Assembly (NCBI GenBank): GCA_018820665.1
Contig: JAHJNW010000067.1
Coordinates: forward strand, 18,969-82,968
DNA from: Alphaproteobacteria bacterium
GTDB taxonomy: Bacteria > Pseudomonadota > Alphaproteobacteria > Caulobacterales > Caulobacteraceae
Reading direction: 5' to 3'
Length of the DNA stretch: 64,000 bases
Under the pieces are notes generated by a model. That model saw only the letters and a program-made list of their open reading frames with translations, was not told where the DNA came from and did not search any database. Positions 32,393 to 42,112 of the stretch are shown here, in pieces; the first letter of the stretch is position 1, and each line of letters starts with the position of its first letter. A program made the translations under genes and the position numbers.

Positions 32393-33076
32393 ATGATGTT
32401 CCGTAGTCTCGCGCTTGCCGTCGCCGGCCTGGTCCTGGCAAGTTGCGCCGGCAACTCCGCAGCCCCGGAACCGCGGGCGGTGGGACCTGTCGTCTATCCG
32501 ATGCCGAGCTCGGCTGTTGCGGTCGAGTACACGATCGGCACCGGCGATGTGCTCGACGTCGTCGTGTTCCAGGTGCCCGGCCTGTCGAAAGAGGACGTCC
32601 TGGTCGACTCGGCGGGCGACATCCAGCTGCCGCTGATCGGCGCTATCCGCGCGGCCGGTCTCACGGCGCCTCGTCTGGCGGAAGACATCCGGGGCCGGTT
32701 GGACAGGCAGTACCTGCGGGACCCGAGCGTCAGCGTTTCGGTGACTGAAGCGGCGAGCCAGAAGGTCAGCGTTGACGGGTCCGTCGTGGATCCTGGCGTC
32801 TTCGAGATGAAGGGCCCCACGACATTGATGCAGGCCGTGGCGATGGCCAAGGGGCCGACGCGGTTTGCCGAGCTTCGTCGTGTGGCGGTGTTCCGCACGA
32901 TCGACGCGACCCCCATGGTGGCGGTCTATGATCTGAGTGCGATCCGCCGCGGGGACGCCGGCGACCCCCAGGTTCTTGCCAACGATGTCGTCGTTGTCGA
33001 CGGCTCGGCCCGCAGCGCCTGGATGCGCGACCTGTTGACGGTCCTTCCGTCGCTCGCGCTGTTCACGCAATACTAG
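32393..33076 (+). CDS. wza: Polysaccharide export lipoprotein (Wza/OPX)
   Basis: Lipobox LASC; YTIGTGDVLDVVVF, GDIQLPLIG, SLBB domain TLMQAVAMAKG. Confidence 0.88.
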   Translation: MMFRSLALAVAGLVLASCAGNSAAPEPRAVGPVVYPMPSSAVAVEYTIGTGDVLDVVVFQVPGLSKEDVLVDSAGDIQLPLIGAIRAAGLTAPRLAEDIRGRLDRQYLRDPSVSVSVTEAASQKVSVDGSVVDPGVFEMKGPTTLMQAVAMAKGPTRFAELRRVAVFRTIDATPMVAVYDLSAIRRGDAGDPQVLANDVVVVDGSARSAWMRDLLTVLPSLALFTQY

Positions 33077-33146
33077 CCGGTGGCGCCCCCGGGATCGCCT
33101 GTCGGGCCGGGCGACCCCGTTGAAGCGACCTGAACCGCCTCCGCCG

Positions 33147-35036
33147 ATGCGCACCAGACGGACGGCCCTGGCGGCCTTTGGCGTGGTCTCTGTCGGCGGG
33201 CTCGGGCTTGGCATCGCCTCGGCCTCGCATCGCGTAGGCGTGATCCTTGATTTGCCGCGAACCGCCATTCCTCCCGAGGTCCATACGATCAGGTCCTCGG
33301 GCTTCCAGGTCCCGGGGATCGGAGCCGCGACCTATGTCCGGCAGTCGGCGGCCCCGGACGGGAGAAGGCCAGCCTACACCTCCGCGGACGGAAGCGTCTT
33401 CGTCCTCGCGGAAGACCAGCCCACGCCCGCGATGTTTGGCGCCCTGGCGACGGCCGACGATACGGCCGCGCTTCAGGACTGGGCCGCCGCCGGCGGCGGG
33501 CGCGTCCCCCGGGCGGACTACCGGATCAGTCGGCCCGTCCTGTTGCCGAGCGGCTTTGTCGGCCGGACCGAGGCTGGGGCGGCATTTCACTGGATTGGCG
33601 GGGCCCCCGCGCCAGGCGTCTACGCCGGCGTCTTCCTCGCGTTTCGCGCTCGGGACATCACCTTTGGCGGCCCCAGACCATGGACAGTCAATTCCGGCAC
33701 GGACCAGCGTTCCCGCTGGGCCGTTGTCATCGTCTCATCGCGAAATGTCGTCATCGAAAACCTCATGGCTGTCGGGCTGAACGAGGTCATTGCGAGCTCC
33801 GCGATCAGGCTTTCCGAAGACGGCTACCGGGTTGAGGACCAGACTCCCTACGCCGACGTCGTGATCAATCCTGCGGAGCCTGGCTTCAACGGGTGCGCCA
33901 TGATCCGGGTCGCCGGTGGTGGAGCCCGGTTTCACCAACCGACCAGCGGCATACAGCCGTCGGCCCGCGCCTTCTATTTCTGTAATGGCTTCCTGTCGGA
34001 TGGCGGCGATTTCGAGAACGTCGGTCACGGCGTCATGTGGTGGGGCGGCGACAGCGCCCCCGACCGAGACGGCGCCTTGGGGAACGAACGGAAACTCGCG
34101 GCCGGCGTGATCCGCGACGCGCGGGTGCACAACGCGGCCGGCGCCTTCGTCTGGGGCTCCATGGGAACCGGCATCCGGGTTGAGCGCTGCTCGGGCGACC
34201 GTTGCTTCGACGTGGGCTTCGACAGCGAGGGTGGCGACAACGTCGTCTTCGAGGAGTGTCGCGGGCGCGACGCGGAGCACGGCGTACTCGCCACCTTTTT
34301 TCTTAACCGCCGAACGACCTTCCTCCGGTGCGAGGCGTCCCAACCGGCTGGAAAGCCGGTATTCCGTCTGTACAACGCCTCCCAGTCCCAGGAAAATCGG
34401 GATGTCTCGGTCGTCGAGTGCGTGTTCACGGGTGAAGGCGGGATTTCAACCTTCGACAATGCGAATGGGCCGGTCGCCAGCCTGGTCGTCCAGGGGTGCC
34501 GGTTCCGCAATGTGCGTCTGGACCTCGCCACCGCGATCAACATGCTCAGGATCGACATTGTCGACAACACCCTGGTCTTCGATCTGCCCGTGAACGAGCC
34601 CGTGGCCCTGATGGCGGTGGGCGGCGCCGCGTTCACCGGCGGTGAGCAAGGGCTCGTGACCATCAGCGGCAACGGCCTCGACGTGCGACAGGTTCAGCCC
34701 GAGGGAACGCGGGGGATCGTTGTCACCCAGGCGGACCACAACGGGGCGCCCCATACCCGGATAATCTCCAATCGGATCACCGGAGAACAACTGCAAACCG
34801 ACATCGTCTACGTCGCCAAAGATCCCAATATCGGCCTTCCGTCTTCGGTCGAGATTCGGGACAACAGGTGTCGGCGTATCTCCATCCTCACGCGCAGTGA
34901 TCAGCGGGAGGCCTATGCGGCCCGGATCGTCGTCACTGGGAACCGGTCGCCGGCCGGGTCGGTCGCCTTGGTGCGCCGGGACGCCATATCGGCCGAGGCC
35001 ATCCGGCGCCAACCCTATCTTGTCGCCGGCGACTAG
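33147..35036 (+). CDS. Exported right-handed beta-helix protein (tailspike/pectin-lyase-like)
   Basis: RR-containing N-terminal signal; MFGA..ADDTAALQ start motif; repeated V.I..C/N.F parallel beta-helix units. Confidence 0.65.
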   Translation: MRTRRTALAAFGVVSVGGLGLGIASASHRVGVILDLPRTAIPPEVHTIRSSGFQVPGIGAATYVRQSAAPDGRRPAYTSADGSVFVLAEDQPTPAMFGALATADDTAALQDWAAAGGGRVPRADYRISRPVLLPSGFVGRTEAGAAFHWIGGAPAPGVYAGVFLAFRARDITFGGPRPWTVNSGTDQRSRWAVVIVSSRNVVIENLMAVGLNEVIASSAIRLSEDGYRVEDQTPYADVVINPAEPGFNGCAMIRVAGGGARFHQPTSGIQPSARAFYFCNGFLSDGGDFENVGHGVMWWGGDSAPDRDGALGNERKLAAGVIRDARVHNAAGAFVWGSMGTGIRVERCSGDRCFDVGFDSEGGDNVVFEECRGRDAEHGVLATFFLNRRTTFLRCEASQPAGKPVFRLYNASQSQENRDVSVVECVFTGEGGISTFDNANGPVASLVVQGCRFRNVRLDLATAINMLRIDIVDNTLVFDLPVNEPVALMAVGGAAFTGGEQGLVTISGNGLDVRQVQPEGTRGIVVTQADHNGAPHTRIISNRITGEQLQTDIVYVAKDPNIGLPSSVEIRDNRCRRISILTRSDQREAYAARIVVTGNRSPAGSVALVRRDAISAEAIRRQPYLVAGD

Positions 35037-36409
35037 GTCGGGGACTGGGCCGCGGCGGCGACCCTACGGGCATTCCAGCTCGACAGCAGTCCGACGCAGA
35101 AGGCCAGCATCACCGCGATGGTCTCGGTCCGCACCGGATAGTCGACCACCGAATGGACCGCCAGAACCAGGATGGCGAGAGATGCAGCCTGCGCCAAACG
35201 ACGGTCGCTGTGCCGGGACCCCGAGCGCCAGGCGCTGATGGCGAGCCGGCCAGCCCACCCCATGGCGACGAGCACGAGCCCGACGCCGAGAACCCCGGCC
35301 TCGAGCCAGATCTCCAGAAAATCGTTGTGGGCCTGGTTCAGGAACGTCGGATCGACCAGTCTCAGAGGCTCGACAGACCTGTAGACCGCGTCAAAGGATC
35401 CAAGGCCCGATCCGAACGGCTGGTACAGGCTGGCTGCATTGGCGATGATCGGCCAAACAGCGAACCGCCCCTCGCTGCCGACAGCCTCGCCCGAAAACCG
35501 CGACAACAGGGGCTCGAGCCCGAGCGCCGTCACCAGGGCGACGGCGGCGGCGAATCCGAGCGCCGCTATCACGTGCTTGCGCTGCAACCGCGGTCCGGAT
35601 TGCACGGCCAGCCACAGGCTCGCCATCAGCGTCGGAACCATGACCACCAGGCCGGTCCGGGACCGGATGATGGCGAGCGCCATCACCACGATGCCGCAGT
35701 AGGCCGCGAAGATCCACAATCCCAGTCGGGCCGGCGACCGTGCGGAGCGCTGGAAGATCGAGCCGACAACCGCAGCCATCGGCATGGCCATCAGCAGGAA
35801 AGTGGCGAGGTGGTTACGGTTGGCGAAAAGCCCTGACACCGTGCCGGGGGCCGTTGTCGGATAGGGATATACGGCGGGGCTCTTGGTGGCGAACTGGACG
35901 CAACCGATGAAAATATAGAGGCACGCCGCCCCGACATAGAGGGCTGCCGTGGCGCGTCGCTGCCCCGAGGTTCCGCTGATGGTCGCGACCACCATGGCGA
36001 TCGGGGGAAGCAGGGCGAGAAACGCCCCCCAGGTCGCGTCGGGCGCGAGGGACAATGGCATCCAGCCGGGGGAGCCGCCTGTGACCTCAAATGCAACGCC
36101 TGCCACATCGCGACCAGGCAGGCCGGCCCAGACTCCGGGCGGGAGGGGGACAAGCTGGAGGAGTGGAAGCGCAAGGGCCGCCAGGAGAAGCAGCAAGACT
36201 GTGCGATGGCGGGTGAAACCGTCATCGTCGTTCAGCCTCAGCAACCCCAGGATCAGGACAGGCAAGGCGGCCAGCTGGACGGCGGCGAGGGGCGCTGCAT
36301 GCAGACGGCTGGCCCCGCCGAAAGCCAGCGAGCAGGCGAGCAGGAGCAGGGTTGCGATGAACACCCAGTCCCGCTTGCGTTTCAAAAGGTCTCGCGCTTG
36401 GGCGAACAT
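35033..36409 (-). CDS. O-antigen ligase / O-oligosaccharyltransferase-like (Wzy_C) membrane protein
   Basis: GLFANRNHLA, SRTG, RFAVW, PFGSGLGSF, AHNDFLEIWLEAG; about 11 TM. Confidence 0.85.
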   Translation of the reverse strand: MFAQARDLLKRKRDWVFIATLLLLACSLAFGGASRLHAAPLAAVQLAALPVLILGLLRLNDDDGFTRHRTVLLLLLAALALPLLQLVPLPPGVWAGLPGRDVAGVAFEVTGGSPGWMPLSLAPDATWGAFLALLPPIAMVVATISGTSGQRRATAALYVGAACLYIFIGCVQFATKSPAVYPYPTTAPGTVSGLFANRNHLATFLLMAMPMAAVVGSIFQRSARSPARLGLWIFAAYCGIVVMALAIIRSRTGLVVMVPTLMASLWLAVQSGPRLQRKHVIAALGFAAAVALVTALGLEPLLSRFSGEAVGSEGRFAVWPIIANAASLYQPFGSGLGSFDAVYRSVEPLRLVDPTFLNQAHNDFLEIWLEAGVLGVGLVLVAMGWAGRLAISAWRSGSRHSDRRLAQAASLAILVLAVHSVVDYPVRTETIAVMLAFCVGLLSSWNARRVAAAAQSPT

Positions 36410-36429
36410 GAACCGCGGAGCCCGACTAT

Positions 36430-36660
36430 CTAGTCGCTTTCCGAGTCGTCATCGGCTGCCACCACGACCGCCGCCACCACGACGGCAGCGGCGACCAGGA
36501 GCACCGGAAGCGGCAAAGCGGCGGCCAGCTCGCTGGCGTCCGAGGCATCAGCGCCGATACGGTCACCGACGCGCGATGCTGCGGAGTTGCTGACGGCTGC
36601 AACGGACTGGCCAGCCATCAGAGCCAGGCCAAGCGCGGCGACGACGATACTCTTGCGCAT
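36430..36660 (-). CDS. Exported microprotein with C-terminal TM and acidic tail (paralog A)
   Basis: GGAG SD plus ATG; signal peptide; 45/76 identities by hand alignment to the 46737-46964 product. Confidence 0.85.
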   Translation of the reverse strand: MRKSIVVAALGLALMAGQSVAAVSNSAASRVGDRIGADASDASELAAALPLPVLLVAAAVVVAAVVVAADDDSESD

Positions 36661-36720
36661 ATTCGGCTCCGCCCAGCGAGGTTTTCGATGCCGAGGGAGT
36701 ACCGACGCCCCCTACCGAGG

Positions 36721-37968
36721 TCAAGGGCTCGGCGGACCCGCGCGTGGCGAAATGGCCAAGGCCTCCATCCACATGTCCGAGGAATCCCTGCCCCCGCCCG
36801 GATTGGTTTCCAGGCGGATCCACTGCGTGTCGCAGCCTGCATCTGGCACCTGGAATTCGACAGCGAAGGGGTTCCACGCTTCCGCCGCAGTGGAGAACGC
36901 ACTGGTCTCGGCGAGGACACGCCCACTGTCAGCGCAACTGACCAGCCAGCGGAGCCGATCACTCGCGCCGGACACCAGGTAGGAGCGACCCGTCAGCCGG
37001 TAGCGGCCGCCCCGCAAGACCACCATCTGGGTGGCCGCGGGCAGGTTGCGATAGCCTTCTGATATGACATGCAGTCCGCGACGCCCCCCCGGAGCCGCCA
37101 CCATTTCGACCGTCAGCCCGGGCCCGCCGCCGAGTGTCCATCCGATCGGGCCTTGGGCTGCGACGCCCTTGAAGTCGCCGTCGGTGACCAGCGGCGCCGT
37201 CGAACTGACGAGGGATTGGCGCAGGATGGCGATCCCGCCGTACTCCGTCGACGCGAGCAAGGCGGAGTACAGGGTGGCGAGCTCCTCGTCCCTGAACCGG
37301 CTGGGACGATCCTTCATCATGATCGCCAGGGTGATGGAGAGAGCCCGGGTGTCGGGCCTGGCGTTCAACGACTGCAGAAACTGGTTCCGCCACGGGGCGC
37401 TCGGCTGCAGATAGGTTACCAGGGCGACGCGCGCGCGGGGGTCCTGCAGGGCGGCCGTCCGGAACAGATTGAACACCGCCGGCCACAACTCGACCCGACG
37501 GCGGACGAGGGTGTCCGCGTGGGCGAAGGCTGAGCTGTAGTCGCCCTGCCGCAGCCGCTGCTCGATGAGCCAGGCGTGGGTGTCAGAATCCCTGAGGCTC
37601 CAGTTCCCGGCCAGGGTGAGTATCTCGTTGGCCGCGTCGACGTCGCCCCGCCGCGCTTCGACGAGGCCCAGAACCCGAAGGGCCGGGACGTTGAACGGCG
37701 CCTTCGCCAAGGCTCTTTCCGCAAACCACTGCGCGTCTTCGAGGTCGTCGGCCCTGAACTCCTCCTCCGCCGCCCGGGCGAGGACGACCGGAGAGTCGGG
37801 GGCGACCCGAACAGCGATCGACGCGGGCGCGGTTGTGACGATCAGCGCCCGGATGACCTGCCATGCCAGCCAGATTCCGACAGCCGCGAGGCCCATCGTG
37901 AGAATATCACGATGGCGACGTCTCGCACCGCCAGGCTTTGGACCACGGGCGTCGGTCGGCACCATCAA
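36721..37968 (-). CDS. Membrane-anchored TPR-like protein with C-terminal carbohydrate-binding-like beta domain
   Basis: N-terminal TM, helical repeats (AERALAKAPFNVPALRVLG; QGDYSSAFAHAD), C-terminal LVTDGDF..GWTL beta-sandwich-like segment; overlaps the wzc stop. Confidence 0.65.
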   Translation of the reverse strand: MMVPTDARGPKPGGARRRHRDILTMGLAAVGIWLAWQVIRALIVTTAPASIAVRVAPDSPVVLARAAEEEFRADDLEDAQWFAERALAKAPFNVPALRVLGLVEARRGDVDAANEILTLAGNWSLRDSDTHAWLIEQRLRQGDYSSAFAHADTLVRRRVELWPAVFNLFRTAALQDPRARVALVTYLQPSAPWRNQFLQSLNARPDTRALSITLAIMMKDRPSRFRDEELATLYSALLASTEYGGIAILRQSLVSSTAPLVTDGDFKGVAAQGPIGWTLGGGPGLTVEMVAAPGGRRGLHVISEGYRNLPAATQMVVLRGGRYRLTGRSYLVSGASDRLRWLVSCADSGRVLAETSAFSTAAEAWNPFAVEFQVPDAGCDTQWIRLETNPGGGRDSSDMWMEALAISPRAGPPSP

Positions 37969-40190
37969 CGCCTTTTCTGGGGCGGCTCGTCGGCGCCGTA
38001 CATATAGTCGGCCGAGTAGTCATAGCCGCCGTACGCGGCCGACTTGGCGTCGTGTTTCGTCAGCACGACACCGAGAAGGCGGGCGCTGCCAATCCGCAGA
38101 CGGCGCACGGCGCCCCGGGCCTGACCGCGCCGGGTGCTGCGGGCCTCCAGCACGAACACCGTGCCGCCGACACTGGACGCGAGCACCGGAGCGTCGGCGA
38201 AGCCAAGCACCGGAGGCCCGTCGATGACGATGATGTCGTAGACCTGGCGCGCCTCCTCGAGGAAGTTCTGGATCCGCACGCCGCTGAGCAACTCCGCCGG
38301 GTTGGGCGGCAAGGGACCGGCGCAGATGAACGACAGGTCGCCGTTCTGCGAGACCTTGTGCACCACCTGCTCCAGCGAACTGGCGCCGGACAGGATGCTG
38401 CTCATGCCACGGTCGTTCGGCACATTGATCAGCCTGTGCATCGACGGCTTGCGCAGATCGAGGTCGAGCAGAAGGACCCGCTTGCCGATCCGCGCGAAAT
38501 TCTGGGCCGTCGCAAGGGCGGTCGTCGACTTGCCCTCGCTCGGACGGGAACTCGTGATGAAGAGCGAAGACGGGGCGCCGTCGGGGGTCGAGAACTGGAG
38601 CGCCGTTCGAAGCGAATAATAGGCTTCGGCGAACCCGGACCTCATATCCTGCAGGGCCTCGATCGGCAGGACGCCCTTGGGAAGCGCGGGGATGACACCC
38701 AGAACCGGCATGCCGAGCTTGCTCTCGACATCCTCCGGTCCGGCGATGGTTTCGTCCAGCGCTTCCAGCAGGAAGGCCGTCAGCACGCCCAGTCCCAGGC
38801 CAAGCAGCGCCGCCAGCACGATATTCAGGATCAGGATCGGCTCGGACGGCCGCGACGGGGGCTGGGCGCCATCGACGATGGAGATGTTGTTGGACGTCAG
38901 CCCGCCGGCGACGCCGATCTCGCCATAACGCTGCAGCAGGGTGTCATAGAGCGAACGGCTGGTGTCCACCTCGCGCTGGAGGATGTTGTACTGAACGCTG
39001 CGCTCGCGGAAATCGAGCACCTCGCCCTTCAGCTGGTTGACCCGGACCTGGAGCGCCCGCTCCTCGTTCACAGCGACCTGATATTCCTGGCGGACCGATC
39101 CGCGCACATTGGCGGCGATGACTTCGATCTGCCGGTCGGTCTCGTCGAGCTGAGCCTTCAGCTGGACCATCTCCGGGAACTCCGGACGGTACAGGCTCAA
39201 TCTCTGCTCGTAGCTGGCGGCGAGGGCGGCGCGTGCTTGCGACAGATACTGGATCGACTGGTTCTGCACGACCTCGGGCATGCTGAGCAGCGAAGATGAG
39301 CTCGCCTGGCGCCACTTTTCCTCGGCCGCGACACGACGCGCCTTGGCTTCAGCGAGCGCCTCGTTCAGCGCCACCAGGTCGGTCGTGGCGAGCGATTGCG
39401 TCGCCCCTTCACCGTTTGCACCCGGCTCCGCCACATTGATAATCTGCTGGTTGGCGGCGTAGGCGACGAGCTGGCGCTCGGCATCTTCCAGCCGGGCCTT
39501 CGTCTGAATGAGACGCTCCTCGAGGAAGTCCCGCGCATAGGATGACGAATCGAACTTTCTATCCAGGTTCGACTGAATGAAATTGGTGGCGAAGGCATTG
39601 GCTACCTGGGCCGAAAGCACCGGATCCGGGCTGAGGAAGGACACCGTGACCAGGCGGGAGGATCGGACCGGTCGGATCGACAATCCTTCCTCGATGAGAC
39701 CCAGAACGACCTCGCGTCGCTGGGCCGCCGTGACCGGCGCGCCATTGAGCGGACGTGGCGGCGTGGCGCCCATCGAAGTGATGAACGCGTCGGACGTATC
39801 GAGGCGAAGGTTCTGGATCACACGCTCAGCGAGTGACCGGCTGCGCAGCAGACCGTACTGGGTCTGGAAGAATTCCTCCCCCTGGGCCATCGCCTCGCTC
39901 GGCGCGACGTCATCCGCTTCAAGAATTCTGGCGGCTTCGCGATCGATCTGCAACGTTGCTGAAGCCGAATACTTCGGCGTCATCAGCAACGTCAGCCCGA
40001 TACCAAGGATGATCGCGACAACGAAAATGCTCGCGATCACAATACGGTGCTTCAGAAGCAGCCGCCAATACTGCGCGAGGTCGATTGATGACTCTCGTGA
40101 AACCGGGCCCTGACCCCAGCTGTCCGGATCACCGGGAATTCGAGTGCCTGAAGACTGAACGGCGCTATCGTTCGAGCTAACCATGTTCAA
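37965..40190 (-). CDS. wzc: Polysaccharide co-polymerase / tyrosine autokinase (Wzc/GumC)
   Basis: Wzz N-domain, coiled coil, PSRP-TM, Walker A SSRPSEGKST, DLDLRKP, IDGPP, C-terminal Tyr cluster YGGYDYSADYMY. Confidence 0.93.
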   Translation of the reverse strand: MNMVSSNDSAVQSSGTRIPGDPDSWGQGPVSRESSIDLAQYWRLLLKHRIVIASIFVVAIILGIGLTLLMTPKYSASATLQIDREAARILEADDVAPSEAMAQGEEFFQTQYGLLRSRSLAERVIQNLRLDTSDAFITSMGATPPRPLNGAPVTAAQRREVVLGLIEEGLSIRPVRSSRLVTVSFLSPDPVLSAQVANAFATNFIQSNLDRKFDSSSYARDFLEERLIQTKARLEDAERQLVAYAANQQIINVAEPGANGEGATQSLATTDLVALNEALAEAKARRVAAEEKWRQASSSSLLSMPEVVQNQSIQYLSQARAALAASYEQRLSLYRPEFPEMVQLKAQLDETDRQIEVIAANVRGSVRQEYQVAVNEERALQVRVNQLKGEVLDFRERSVQYNILQREVDTSRSLYDTLLQRYGEIGVAGGLTSNNISIVDGAQPPSRPSEPILILNIVLAALLGLGLGVLTAFLLEALDETIAGPEDVESKLGMPVLGVIPALPKGVLPIEALQDMRSGFAEAYYSLRTALQFSTPDGAPSSLFITSSRPSEGKSTTALATAQNFARIGKRVLLLDLDLRKPSMHRLINVPNDRGMSSILSGASSLEQVVHKVSQNGDLSFICAGPLPPNPAELLSGVRIQNFLEEARQVYDIIVIDGPPVLGFADAPVLASSVGGTVFVLEARSTRRGQARGAVRRLRIGSARLLGVVLTKHDAKSAAYGGYDYSADYMYGADEPPQKRR

Positions 40191-40421
40191 CTACTAACCT
40201 CGAAAAAATAGTCATCCACGTCACCTACTCCTCACCGCAAATGACGGACGAGGTTTATGCGGTTGTCGCCCCGGAGACGTTTGTCTTTCTTTACGAGACG
40301 GCGGCCGCCATCGCCAAGACAGATCAAACGAGGGACGTTTCCGGACCTCAAAATTGGAGGGAACGTGGGCTGTGTAGGCCACAGGTCCGGGGTTCACAAG
40401 CCGGTTCGGACGTCCGGGCCC

Positions 40422-41471
40422 CTAACCCTCGAACACCGCTCCGAAATCCGCATTGGCTTGCGCATAATCGGGCGGGCGGCCGATGTCCATCCAATACCCC
40501 TCGGCGCGTTGCTGTCGCACCGGTCGCCCCGCCGCGATCAGGTCGGCGATCAGCGTCGGCATGTCGCAATAGGCGTCCGCCGGCACCCGCTCCAGCGCCC
40601 CGGGCGACAGCACATAGGCCCCGGCGCTGATGGTGAAGGTCTGCGTCGGCTTTTCGTCGATGCGCAGGATGCGGCCCTCGGCGGCGTTGACCACCCCGAA
40701 CGGCACCTGCATCTCATATTCGCGCACCACGACGGTCGCGTCGGCCTCCGCCTCGACGTGGGAGTCCAGCACATGGCCGTAATCGACCTTGGCGAGAATG
40801 TCGCCGTTGGTGACCACCACCGGCTCCGCCTGCGACGGCAGCAGGGCCAGGGCGCCGCAGGTGCCCAGCGGCTTCTCTTCGCGCAGGTAGCGGATGTCGA
40901 GGCCGAGGGCCGAGCCGTCGCCGAAATGCCGCTCGATCTGGTCGGCCTTGTAGTTCACCGCCAGCCAGAAATTCCGGAAACCCTGCCCGGCCAGATTGCC
41001 GACGATGGTGTCGAGGATCGGCCGCGGGCCGACCTTGAGCATCGGCTTGGGCGTGTCGCGGGTCAGTTCCGCCAGCCGCTCGCCCTTGCCGCCGGCCATG
41101 ATCACCACCGGACTGCTGCGGATCGGGATGTTGAGGAAGTCCGAGACCGTGGTCAGGCCGACCACCCGTCGGCCGGCGTCCAGCACCGGCAGCTGGCGCA
41201 GGCCGTGCGCCCGCAGCATGGTCAGGGTGGCGGCGCGGTCCTGATGCTGGTCGATGCAGAACGGCTCGCGGTTGGCGCCGGTCAGGGCGGCGTCCTCCAG
41301 CCCGGCGCCGCGGATCAACGCCCGGCGCAGGTCGCCGTCGGACAACACGCCCAGCAGGCGCCGCTCCGCGTCGACGATCAGCGCCATGCCGGCGCCGGTG
41401 ACATCGATCGACACCAGGGCGTCCCGGTAGGTCGCCTTCGGCCCGATCAGGGCCTTGTCCCACGCCTTCAT
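40422..41471 (-). CDS. CBS-domain nucleotidyltransferase (PtmE-like)
   Basis: GVLSDGDLRRAL CBS pair; VIMAGGKGERL, PKPML, YWMDIGRPPDY. Confidence 0.88.
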   Translation of the reverse strand: MKAWDKALIGPKATYRDALVSIDVTGAGMALIVDAERRLLGVLSDGDLRRALIRGAGLEDAALTGANREPFCIDQHQDRAATLTMLRAHGLRQLPVLDAGRRVVGLTTVSDFLNIPIRSSPVVIMAGGKGERLAELTRDTPKPMLKVGPRPILDTIVGNLAGQGFRNFWLAVNYKADQIERHFGDGSALGLDIRYLREEKPLGTCGALALLPSQAEPVVVTNGDILAKVDYGHVLDSHVEAEADATVVVREYEMQVPFGVVNAAEGRILRIDEKPTQTFTISAGAYVLSPGALERVPADAYCDMPTLIADLIAAGRPVRQQRAEGYWMDIGRPPDYAQANADFGAVFEG

Positions 41472-42112
41472 ACTGGTCCCCTGCGTCTGGCCGGCACGCC
41501 GATCAGCATGCCCACGCCCGAACCGGCGTCGAGCACGACCGCGCCCGCGCCGACCACCACGCCCGGCTCCAGCCGGACGCCCTGTCTGATCACCGCGCCC
41601 GCGCCGATGTGGGAGCCCTCGCCGATCTCGACGTCGCCGCACAGGATGGCGCCGCTGGCGCAATGGGTGAAGGCGCCGACCCGGCAGCCGTGCTCGATGA
41701 TGACGCCGGTGTTGATGATCGCGCCGGTCCCGATCCGGGCGCCGGTCTGGATCACGCTGCGGGCCAGAAGCTGGACGTCGTCGGCCACGGCGACATGCGA
41801 GGAAACGACGGCCGAGGGATGGCGCACGCCGGTGAAGCGGAAGCCCCGCGCCTCCAGCCGTTCCTGCACCCGCCGTCTCAGTCCGGCCGTCCCGCCCGCC
41901 CCTGTCCCGCCGATCCCGTTGGCGAGATCATAGCCGGCGTTCGGGTCGAGGCTTTCGTCGGAGCCCAGCACGTCGAGGCCGGGAAGACCGCTCGCGGCCC
42001 CGGGGTCGGCGTCGACGAAGCCCAGAACGGTGCGGCCCCCGGCCAGCAGGGCGTCGGCCACCACCGCGCCGTGACCCCCGGCGCCGACCACGATGACCGG
42101 GCGTCCGCTCAT
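41468..42112 (-). CDS. neuD: NeuD/LegH-family sugar acetyltransferase
   Basis: VVGAGGHGAVV, HPSAVVS, IINTG..IEH, GVPAR. Confidence 0.85.
   Translation of the reverse strand: MSGRPVIVVGAGGHGAVVADALLAGGRTVLGFVDADPGAASGLPGLDVLGSDESLDPNAGYDLANGIGGTGAGGTAGLRRRVQERLEARGFRFTGVRHPSAVVSSHVAVADDVQLLARSVIQTGARIGTGAIINTGVIIEHGCRVGAFTHCASGAILCGDVEIGEGSHIGAGAVIRQGVRLEPGVVVGAGAVVLDAGSGVGMLIGVPARRRGPV

Noticed and set aside
33147-35036. Prophage remnant
   Set aside because: Only one tailspike-like gene, which has an export-like signal; no capsid, terminase or integrase genes.
36430-36660. Canonical PEP-CTERM/VPLPA-CTERM substrate or Flp/type IV pilin
   Set aside because: The tail is acidic rather than basic, there is no exosortase in the window, and there is no G|xxxxE prepilin motif.
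40257-41933. 558-aa + strand ORF
   Set aside because: Antisense shadow of the ptmE-like and neuD genes in high-GC DNA.
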